A DNA stretch of 64,000 nucleotides from Schmidtea nova (lineage: Eukaryota): the NCBI GenBank assembly GCA_044892505.1, contig CM097883.1, forward strand, positions 242,358,001 through 242,422,000, read 5' to 3'. How positions within the stretch are numbered: position 1 is the stretch's first letter; every line of letters starts with the position of its first letter. Below the pieces are notes generated by a model. That model saw only the letters and a program-made list of their open reading frames with translations. It was not told the origin of the DNA and searched no databases. The position numbers and the translations under genes are program-made. Below, piece by piece: positions 9,227 through 21,200 of this stretch.

Positions 9227-12200
9227 TATTCCGTCCTTTGGTAGTAAAAAATGTTACTGGCATCTCCTTTTTTATAGTCGTTATGTCGTTACCATTGTAT
9301 GTTCCTTTTGCGTATGCGTGTACTTTTTCAACTAATGCGCCGAGTATTTCCAGTGCATGTTTACTATTCTCGAATTCCGGTAACAATTCTTTTGCTTTTT
9401 CTTGTATCGCATCTAGTCTAGCTTGGTATGGTGCTTCTGCTTTGAAGAGTGGTGTGAGTTTCCTGTTACTTTCTCTTTCTTTTTTCTCCAAAACCTGTTT
9501 GCATTTTTCGGGGTGGTTTAGGATTTTTACTAGTTCATCATACTCATTTACTATCGTCTGGTATTTCTCGTTAAAATTGTTTATGTCTTTGTATGTTATT
9601 AGTTTATCAAGTGGTTTCGCACACCATTTCCTAATCTTGTTGAATAAAGCCTCCTTCTCTTTATCGAATTTGTGTTCTTCTTCATTCTTTGTGATGTTTA
9701 TGTTCCCTCTGTCTAATAAGGTTAGTAATGTCTTTTGATCGCAAGTAAATTTCAAAAGATATCTTAACAGCGCGTTTTGTCCTTCGCTGTATACTTCGTT
9801 TATGTCTAAGACCCATGTATCATCTTCTGGTCGTTTCCATTTGATTAACTTACGGATCGTGTTGCATTTACCAATTTTTATTGCTTCTTTGATAATGTCT
9901 CCTTTTATTAATTCGTCTATTTCCCACGTGGAGTTAGCTATTATGTATTTCAGCATTGGTTGGTGAGAACTCCATATTACGTGATTTAGCACTGTTTTGT
10001 CTTCTCTATCTCGTTCTGTCCAACTGAAATGAGCCTTTATCAACAGATCTATCATTTCTTTATCTGCTTGGTGGATTGCGGCTGTCATTATTGGAGTTTC
10101 TTGTTCACGATTCCCCACGTCCAAGTTTTGGTTTGTTTCTTTTGCCATTTTTAAGAATTCTTTTGCTCTTTCAATGTTTTTACACTCTATCGCATTGTGT
10201 AAGGCTGGTTGTCCTCCTACATCTTTCAATAAGAGTATTTCAGGGATTTTTTCCAATAATTCAGAAATAATTGGTTCGGTTGGTAATCCTTGTGCGTAAC
10301 GGCTAATTATGTGTCTGATGTCCCTTGATATGCCTACTTCGTCTTTAACATGCCATCTTCCCATTATTTCTCTCGCCTTCAATATGATCTCTTTATTTCT
10401 GATTTCCTTTTGCCTTACTTCCGCTTTGTCGTCTTCGCTTGTGTTTGCTCTGAGCATATTTATCCTGGCTGTTTGTGATCTGGTTATTATTCGATTCTCT
10501 GGTGTTGTAGTTATTGTTTTAGGCACCTTCTTACATCTGCAAGTGTTTACATATATGGGTCGTATTAACGGTCGATTTATTAGCTTAACTTTGACATTAT
10601 TGTCCTTTTTGTATATAATTTCATAAGGTCCTCTTCCAGGTCTTTGGAGTTTCTTAACCGTTCCTGGTATTATTTCGGGAGTTTCTATTATCACCCAATC
10701 TCCTGGTTTTAGGTCGTTCGCTTTAACATTTTTCTTCTGGTCGTGTAAATCCTTATAACTTTCCTGATAAAATTTAATGTTAAGTTCTGCCGTCTTCCAT
10801 ATTTCCTGCATTCTTTCTTTGAATTTGGTTACGTAGTCGTCGTCTTCCATATATTGCGATAATGGTGGTTGATACTCTAAATCTATGGGCATGTTGCATT
10901 CTCTTCCATACATAAGTTGAAACGGGCTTAGTTTTGTTGCTGCATGTATCGACATGCGGTATGCCATTAAACATAATTTTATGTATTCGTCCCAATCGGT
11001 TTGATGTCTGCTGACGTAATTTGATAACATTCTAATCAATGTACCGTTGAATCTCTCTGTTTGTCCATTCGTTTGCGGGTGATATGGTGAAGTTCTCAAT
11101 TTTGCTATTCTGAAATAGTTGGTCACCTCGTTCAGTAACTCACTCATAAAGTTGGTTCCTTGGTCTGTGAGAATTTGTTTTGGAGTTCCGTATCTGCAAC
11201 ATATTTCTTCCACTAGAATTTTTGCTACGGTTTTTGCTTTTTGATCTTGCATGGCAAATGCTTCCGGGAATTTCGTCAGATAATCCGTTATTACCAATAT
11301 ATAAATATTTCCGTTTAAACTTTCTGGTAATGGTCCTATTACGTCCATTGCTATAGTTGTCATTGGCTCTGCTGGTATTGGCATTGGTTGTAGTGGGTTT
11401 TTCCATTTCTTCCCACTATCCTTTCTGGTTGCACAGGTTAGGCAATTTTTAATCCATTCTTTAATATCTTCTTCCATTGTTCGCCAATAATATTTTTGTC
11501 TCATACGATTTATTGTCTTTTTCTCTGACATATGCCCTCCTAATTTCCCATCATGGTATTGGATCATTATCTCTTTCCTTCTGTTTTCCGGTAAGCACAT
11601 CAATTTCTTTACCCCGTCTTGTATTAACAACCATTCTTTGCTTAATATATAGCGATGTTGATATTTTCCTATATGTTCCTTTAATTCCTTATTATCCTTG
11701 AATACCTCCATATTTCGAGATGTTAGGAACTCTATGATTTGTCCTAATTCTTTGTCTTCCTGCTGATCTCTCTTAAGCTCGCTAAAATCTAAATCTTCTG
11801 CTATTAATACACAAATTCGTTGTACATCAGGATCGGTTAGTTCCGGGAATGTCAGTCTTGACATACAGTCTGCATTCGCATTTGCTCTTCCTGATTTAAA
11901 TTTTATATCTGGTGAGTATTCCTGTAACTGCATTGCCCATCGCATTAATCTACTGGATGTTTCTTTGTGCTGTCCTAACCATACAAGCGGTTGGTGATCT
12001 GTTGTTATGCAGATGATGTGTCCCCATAATAAATATTTAAAATGTTTAATCGCTAATATAATCGCTAATGCTTCCCGTTCTGTCACTGAATAATTTTTCT
12101 CATGCTTTTTGAATGTCCGGCTATAATATCCGATTACACGTTCTTTTCCTTCATCATCGTATTGTCCTAATACTGCTCCCGCTGCATATCCGCTTGCATC

Positions 12201-15200
12201 TGTTGCAAGTAGGAATGGCTTCTTAAAGTCTGGGTGTACCAATATGGGTGCGGTTATCAGTTTATCTCTCAACGTTTCAAAGGCTGTTTGTTGTTCATCC
12301 CCCCATATGAATGATACATCTTTCTTTACCAGCTCTTGTATAGGTTTTGCGATTCCGGCGTAATCTTTAATAAACTTTCTATAGTATCCACATAGTCTGA
12401 GAAATTCTTGTATTTGGGTTATTGTTTTTGGTACTGGGCATTCTTTTACTTTGTCGATATTTCTAGGATCCGGTTCTTTTCCTTTTGCTGACACTATATA
12501 TCCTAAAAATGTAACCTTTTCTTTTGCCCAATCGCATTTGGATGGCTTGAGTTTTAACTTCCATTGTCTAAGCCTAACGAATACATCTCGAATATCCTGT
12601 ATGTGTTGTTCTAATGTACTAGAATAAATTAATAAATCGTCGATGTAGACCATGCACTGCTTTATTCCATGGGTGACGAAATTCATGCATCTCTGAAATG
12701 ATGCTGGTGCGTTTGTTAATCCAAATGGCATTTTTCGGAATTGATATAGGTCTCTACCGATGGTAAAGGCAGTTTTCTCTTTATCTTCTTCCTTCATTTT
12801 TATTTGCCAATATCCGCTTTTCAGATCTAACGACGTAAAATATGCTGCTCCTTGTAGTGTTAGTAGCATTTCGTTGATGTCCGGTAATGGATAAGTATCC
12901 CGTTTGGTCACGGTATTCAATCTTCGATAATCTATGCAAAATCTCTGTGTTCCGTCTTTCTTCTTTACCATTACCACTGGAAATTGCCAGGGTGAACAAC
13001 TTGGTTCGATTACTTCCGCATCCAACATTTTCTTCACTTCTGCTTCTGCTACTGCTTTCTGTGCTTCTGCTAATTTGTATGGTCTTAATGCAATTGGTGT
13101 TTCGTCTGTTAATGGTATTGTATGTAGTGTGACATCACATGTTCCTAGATCTAAATCGGATGCTGCAAATATATCCTTATACTCTATCATGAGTTTTTCT
13201 AACTGCTTCCTTTGATCCTCATTTAATAATTCACTATCAATATTCCAGGTTGGTTCTTTATCTTTCTCTGCTCCTTCTATTGGTAGTTCGATATCCATCA
13301 TTGGGGTTAATTTACCTAATCTTTCGTTTTCGTAGATTATTTTGTCCTCTTCATCGAAGTTTACTACGTTTATTGGGATTTCTCCATCGTCATTTATGTT
13401 GACTAGTCCTCTTGCCATTGGTAATGCTTTTCTTTTCTCGAATCTTTTGCTTGGTTCGAAAATCATATCCCCCTGGATTGTCGGATCTATTTTTACATAA
13501 CATATTTTTTCCTTTCTTGCGGGTATTATCATTTGCTTTGAACTTGTCACTTTGGCTTCTATTGCGCATATTTGTCCTGTGCGATCTTTCAGTCTCATTG
13601 TTCCGAGATCGATTACAATCTCTTTAAATAATGCTGGCATCAAATCTGTTCCGATAATGCAAGGTACGCTTAATGCTGGTATGACGGCTACGTACGTATC
13701 GATTTCTGTATTTAAGTGGCGTATTTTTACCCACCATCTTCCTGCTACTTCTACGATTTCTTTGCTACATGCAATTACGTGGACGTTTGTCCTTTCTATT
13801 TCCCGTCTTTGCTCTTGTGGTATCCATTTGATATCGATGGCGGAAATATTTGCTCCAGTGTCGATCATTGCTTCGATTTCTCTTCCGTTAATCTCTATTG
13901 TCGTGGTTAATACTGGACCTGTGTTTGATGACATTACTGCGATCGTGTGTGTATCTCCTTGTGGATCTACGCTTCTACATCTTCTCATTTTATAATCTTC
14001 TGGTATCATGGGGTATACATTTGTCATTGGCATCATTTGCATCGTGCTATTTTTTCCTCCTTGTAGTGGTTCTTGATACATTGTTGGTGGAGGTGCGTAA
14101 CATTTCCATGCGTCGGCTGGATTCTTTTCGATGTACTGTGGTGCTTGGTTCTTATACACTTGTCCTCCTTTATAGTCGTCATCGTCATCATCGTCGTCAC
14201 TCGAATCATTTTGGGTTTTATATCCTTTCATCCTCTCCCATAAACCTTTTCTTTCTCTCTTGAGCTGTTGTCTTGCTTGTTCGTCGTTCATTATCTTTTT
14301 AAATTTGCGTCCTACTTCTTCATCTGTTCCCTTCATTTTTGCTAATATCTTTAGGAGTCTTTTTATTCGGTGGATATCTTTTGAGTGACCGTGTAACACC
14401 ATCGTTTTCGCAAGGAATGGTAAAAATCCTACTACCATTTTCCAATTCACTTTCTTTTCTCTCTTGTAGATATCGAAACACGCTAGCATTTGCGTTATTA
14501 TCACTCTGACGATTTGTATTATTAATATAACCCCTAGTATTCCAGCCATCATTTGTCCGAATATCAGGAATCTTCCCCACATTGCTTTCATCATATTTTC
14601 TGTGGCTTTCTTGAAATGTGCTGGTGACAACAATAGTTCATAATTCGGTCCTTCTCGATAATCCGTTCCTCCCGTTATCGTTACGATATTTAACAGTAAT
14701 GCTTCTCTTCTCGCCGGGAATAATATATTCTGCCTTGCTGCTTCTAAATCTTTTGGGCTATATATTCCGTTGTTTGAGACATCTACGTCGCTGAATTGCC
14801 TATCCTTTGACAACTGCATTAGTTCGAATTCTCTTGGTGCTATTACTTCGGCTCTTCCTGGGAACATAACCCATTTACCATCTGGCTTCTGATAAAGCGG
14901 TCCGTATGCATTACTACAGTTGAATGGATTTGGTTCAAACCCTGGTGGATTGATGATTCTCGTCACCGGTTGAACGTATCGTACTTTTCCTTTGTAATCG
15001 ATTTCTAACTCATTTGTACAGGTTCCAGGTTTCAACTGTGTTGTTGCTGCTAGTGACGCGTGTGTCTTTTCGCAAATGTATACATACATTGCTTCTCCAA
15101 CCACTCTTCCGAAATGTCCTTCTCTCAGTGGTAATAATGGCATCGCGCTATCTGGATTCGTAATCGCTACGGCCAACTTTGTCTTTAATATTTCTCGATT

Positions 15201-18200
15201 CAGTATACAATCATTATTTATCAGATCGTAATACACTTTTTGTAATGAGGCTTGTCCTCTATGGAATAAGAAATCCATTTTATTATTCACATACAGGTGT
15301 AGTTTGATATCCATTGTGTCGATTTTGGGTTTCGCATTTGGTACTTCTTGTTTTGACACATATATTCCTGGGTAATTCGTTTCGTATACCGTTGTACTAC
15401 ACTTAAGGGTTGCTTTCCCTTTTATGAACCTCATTCCCACATCCTGATTTGTGGTTATCAATACTGTTGGTGTGGCTCTCATCTCTATCCGTTTTTCCCT
15501 ATGATCTGGTTTCAATTGTCTTTTATTCTCCAACGCTTCCTTGAGATGCTTTGCTCTAGCTTTGTCGTCATCGTCTTCTTCCTGGAATGTCTTTCCTTGA
15601 ATTTCGTCGAACTGTGCTCCTTGTAGCAGTTGTAATTGACATTCGTTCACCTTTGGTTTGTATACTAATGTTGACATTCCCGTTTGACACATGCTCCTGT
15701 CGATTTTACACATGGATAACGTTTTCATTTCTCCCGTTGTTGGTTCGAAGAATGCTTCATAGCTTTTTAATTCGACTATATACGTATCCATCACCACTAA
15801 GTTAGTTGCGGGTGTTCCGAATATCGGGTAGGTTTCTCCTTGACAATATCCTTCTCCTCCCGTAATCCTTCCTGCTACATAGTATGTTTGTTGCAGCATC
15901 ATTCCTGGTTTTCCTCTTATCTTGATTTTATCTCTTGTTGTTACTTCTCCATGTTTAAACAATGCTTCGCAGTCTTCTCCTTGTAACACGATTGGTTCTC
16001 TTTCCGTTCCTGGCATGACAATTGCTGAATAATGTCCTCTCCCGCAGTAGAATGCGAATCTCGTCTTCTGCACCTTACATTCATTCACCATTGTCTTTAT
16101 GAGTTCTGCTTCTTGATACACGTGGTACCATTGTTCCTTTTTAATCTTTTGTAACTCTACTGGAGTTGCATCTTTGCATTGCTCCGTACCTCTCAATGAA
16201 TACTTTTCTCCTAACTTCATTTGGTCGCAATCAAACACTTCGAATGCTGTTGCGCTATCGGTGCTAATCATCCATATCAACATCATCATTATTATAGAAC
16301 TCAAATTCATTGATGACTTCGCGTTTCCTGTTCCTGCTTGTTCTTTTTCTAACTCTTCCAATATTTTTTCGAATTTCTTTTTCATATTCTTTGCTTGCGT
16401 TTTCTTCTGGTTATTTTTTATAAATGTTTCCCATCCTCCTTTGTTAATGACGTATGGTTCTATTTCTCTGGCTATAATTTTTGCGGTATTTTTTATATGT
16501 CTCTCTAATGCAGTGGGTTTTGGTCGACCTCTACTCAGTGTCAACAGATTGTAGATCGTGTATGCAATGGCTATTATGTATTTATTATCCGTTTCCGCTC
16601 CTTCTGTCAGTTTCTTTATTAACGTAGTGGTTCCTTGCCAGTCTAAATGATTTGATTTCGTCTTTTCTTTTATGAATTCCGGTAAGATGGGTGCGATTGC
16701 GCTGTGTAGTGACTTCGCCTTTTCGCTTATCTCAGTTATCCGCCAGTATTTTCTTAATTCCGGATCAATTATTGCCAATATTTCCATTATTGTTTTCGAT
16801 ATCCATTCCTCCCCTTGACATATTGGTGTTGTCTCTTTTTCTTTTATCTCCGCAATTTTATTTAGTTTCCTTAAGCATAATTCCCATTGGTCTTGTCTCT
16901 TTTCATCCTTATTTCTGATGACTACATTCGCTGGGTCTGTCTTGGGTCTACCTCGAGGTCGTCTATCCATTCCTGTACCTGTTTCCACAAACCTTGTTGC
17001 CCGTCCGGTTTCCTCGGTGACATCTCTTGGTTCGTTAGCTCTTTCTTCTAACCATCTTTCCATTTCCTGGGTTAATTGTACATTTTCGGCATATGCTCCT
17101 CTTGTTTCATCTTCTGTCAAATCGTTTACTTCTTCTATTATTATCTCTTGTTCGACTTCTGTTTCTCCGGTGTTGGTTACTTGTATTGTCGTAGGTAATT
17201 CTTGTATTCTTTCGAAAATGTTATCGTCTTTTTCCTTTGTTAATTCGGTTAGCTCTTCTATCATATCGTCACTATCCGTTAAAATTTCGTCTACGTCGTA
17301 TGGTTGTGGTGGAGTACTTTCTCTGGTTCCTCTGGGTGTTGTCTCAGATCGTCTCGAACTTGTCCCTGGCGTTAGTACTGATTTCATCGGGCTCGGCGTA
17401 CTTATACTTCCGTGTGGTTTATGGTTTTCTTCTTTACGTTTCAATGGTTGCCCCGCTATTGCTTCCACTGTCAAGGTATTCATGAGATCTAATTGTGCTG
17501 GCGTTATTCCGATTTCCAAACTGTTATCTAATGATCGTCCTTGGTGTTGTAAATGGAATGGTGGTTCGTATCTCAATTTCTTTTTAATATCTCGAATTTT
17601 TTCTGCTATTCCTACCCAAAGCTCTTCCTTATCCTTGTTTGGATATATTATTCTTAAATGTACTTTTTGTGGAATTTCTTGCGAGAATTCTTGATTTCTC
17701 CATTTCCTAATTACGTGGTCTAGTTGTTCCGGGCACCACTCGTTAACTCTTTTATATTCCGCGATTGCTTTTGCTACTTTACGTAAACATGTTATATCCT
17801 CTCCATTTACCACGAAAAAATCTGCGAGACCCTTTATTACTTTTCTCTTACCGTGCGCATTAGTTTTTAATATTTCGACAAATTCTTCCGTTTTTTGCTT
17901 TTCCCTTTCTAACCACATAGCCGCGGTTTCTGGTCCATCTAGGTCTATCGGTGTAGCTTTCCTTGTCACCATGCAAACCCTTCCCATTTCTGGTTCGCAG
18001 TCATCTTCCATTCCTCTTTCATATTCTTCTTCATATTCTCCTTCTTTTGGTTCCCAACATTTTCCTTTCTTGTTCCATTGTTTTTCTACGGGTGTTCGTA
18101 TTCGTCTGTTGAGGTTGAGTTCTTCTAATACATTTTCCCACTCTGGCCAAATTCGCCAATTTCGATAAATTTCTACTATTTGTTGTAATTTGCGCACAAC

Positions 18201-21200
18201 TTCTTTCCGTCGTTCCCGTTCTCTTTTCTCATCTTTAGCAGTTTCTCTGGGTGTATCGTCCATTCTGATAACGTGGATGGTTTGGTGATTATCCCATATA
18301 CCGATTTTATATAGTCGTCTCTCATCGTGATCCCATAATACATGTTCGTTGTATTGTATGATTATGTCGTCTTCCCATTCGTCTTCTGGTTCTCTTTGCA
18401 CTAGTGTCTCGTTGATGACATTTATTAATTCTTTAATGGTGCAATCCGCTACCACTTCAATTTCTTTGGTGTCTTCATTAGGCAATTCTACTGAAATTTT
18501 TAGATCCGTTATTTTCCCTTGTCTAAACATTATTTTTCCCATTTTTGCGATTAATTTGTCGTGTGAGATCTGTGACCATCTCGTGTGGCTTGTGTCACGT
18601 ATGCACTCAATACATCGTTTCAATTTCTCGTATTCGCTTCTCATTAACTCTTTTCTATGTTTTTTGACTTGTGGTATGATTTGTTCTATCAGGGAATTTA
18701 GATTCTTTCGTAAGACTCGTTCTTTCTCGTATTCTAACCGGGGTTTTATTCTCCTTTCGAAACACATGTTTGCTTCCTTTGCAACTTCTTGTAGGTTCTC
18801 TTCTTCTTTTTCATCACATATTGATAACAGAGTTATTTCTCCTGGCCATATACCTGTTTCCACTAAGTGCGTTCTTTTCTTTACGAGTCTATTCTGCGAA
18901 TAGATGAATTTGTTTTTATATGAGCTCCCGAGCCTGTCTTCTACCCATCTGTAGATATCATCTGTAAATGGAGTTTTGATCCAGATTCTTGGTGTAGATG
19001 TATTTATTATTATTGAGATGGTGTAATTGAGGAGTGGTTCCTCTATTAATTTCCCTACGTATCGATTTAACATGTCTACTTCTCGGTCTTGTAACCATTC
19101 TTTGTAGTTCATTTGTAATAATGCTTTCATGAATTTCCGATATTGTTTCTTGTCCATGAATTCTTCGTTATATATTACTTCTAGCGAGTTATCTAATAAT
19201 TTCTGGATTTCATCTACTTTTATCTGTGTAGGTTCTGAGGTCTTTATTACTTCTCTCTCTTGGTTTTCGTCTTCGGATTCGTTTAATATGTCTCCTGCTA
19301 GGCTACTGATGTCACTATCTTCTTCCTCATCGGAAAACTCTCTGGTGGTATTTCTTAACATATTAATATGTGCTATTTGGTTCGTTTCCCCTTGTATGTT
19401 CTCCGTTGGTTCTGGTTCGTTTTTGTCAATCTCTGATGTTGGTTCACTCTTGTCCTCTATTACTTCGACCTTTCTCATTTTCTTTTCCAACTCGTCTATT
19501 TCTTTTAAACGTCTTCTTATCATTTTTCCTTTAAATATTCGACTGATTCGGGTTTCGTGACGCACTGGTGGTGGAATTTCTTCTGGTTCTATTTCTTTAA
19601 TAATCATCACGTTTCTTTTTGTTTCTACTACTCCCATGTTTTCCCATATATCCGTTAATTCCAACTTTACTTTTGGCGCACCTTCTATTTGTAGGAACGC
19701 TTCTCTGGGCAGTTTCGTTACTCCTAGAACCATCTGGTTTACTTTGTTGAATAATATTCCCACTTCTTCTTTTACGTTATACTGGAATCTAAACACGGAT
19801 TTGTTGGGCATGATTACCATCATTCTTCTTTTCCAAATCTCCCTTTTCTCTTCCTGGTTTGTCTCAGTTTCCACTTCCTTTTCTATTTCTTTTTCTACCT
19901 CCTCATCTTTTTGTACTATCTTTTTTTGACTTTTGTTGTCGGCTGGATTCGGGTCTATCGAATTCATTTCCAGTGTGGTTTCTTTCTCGCGAGTGTCTGT
20001 TTGGTTTGTTGCTCTTAGCATGTTAATTCTTAGAGGTTGTCGCTCTCTTTCTTGCTGTTTTTGTTCATCCTCTCTTTGTATTCTTGCCCATTCCTGAGCG
20101 TGTCGTGCCTGACTTTCTCGATTCAAACGTTCGTTTTCGCTTTCTATTTTTCTCATCATGCTAATTTGCTGTTGATTGGTTTGCGGATTTCCTCTCGTCG
20201 TATTGTTTATCAGTTCCGTCAACCTTTGAACTTCTTGCATCAAATGTATTTCTTTGGGGGTGGTTTTGTTCTGATTATTGTTATTATTGACTTGTTGGTT
20301 CCCATAATCTTGTCGGTTTACGGTATTTGTTTGATTTCCGTAATTTTGTCGGTTCCCATTACTCTGCCAGTTTCCTCGCTGATTACTTTTTTGTCCGCAA
20401 TTTCTTGAATAGTGACCAGGTCGTCCGCAATTAAAACAGATTATTGTAGAACATCTACTTTCCGAATGTCCTTTAACTCCACATTTTCCGCAATTCAAAT
20501 TTTGATAGCATTCTTGTTGCCAGTGTCCCAATTTTCCACATGTTTTACATTGTCTTGTTTGTCCTTGAGGGTTGTAATTGTTTTGGTTTCCAAAGTTCTG
20601 CACTTTATTTCCTTCATTCCTTCGTTGAGGGGGTGGTCGGTTTAATTGTTGCGAATTTGGAATGTGATTGTTGAGATTTACCTGTGGTTCGGTTTGTGCT
20701 GTGTCCATGGCTAAATAAATTCTGCCCTCACTTCCTATCATATGCAATTCGAATCGGTTAGCTGTTTCTAACGCTTGATCAATGGTCTTGCATCCTTGGC
20801 ATCCAACTTGCGCTCTTATGTCAGGTCTTCTTAGTCCTCCTATGAAGATAGCTGCCATTAACTCCTCGTTTATTGGACCTCCATCCTTGAATACCGATTT
20901 TGCTAATTTTTTCAGTTCACTCGCGTATACCGCATTAGATTCATTCATCTTTTGTTTCCTCATTGAGAATTCTATGAATGCCTCGCTTAGCACTTTATTT
21001 ATTCCAAATGTTTGTTGGAAAAAATCCTTTATCGCTGTCCAGCTTGTAGGTGGATTGGTACCATTTTTCGCTTCCAAATATAGGTCCAATGCACTATCTT
21101 TCAAATATAACTGAATTCTGCTTACTGTTGTTTCCGCTTTCCATTTGCATACTTCCACGAATATGCCAAATTCCTTTAAAAAGGTTTCTAATTTACTCGC

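Noticed and set aside
9245-9251. HIV-type -1 slippery site TTTTTTA
   Set aside because: Phase is TTT TTT A and the downstream ORF is in the +1 frame, so canonical -1 slippage does not apply.
9900-10600. Chromodomain after integrase
   Set aside because: No chromodomain motif seen; ankyrin repeats occupy this position.
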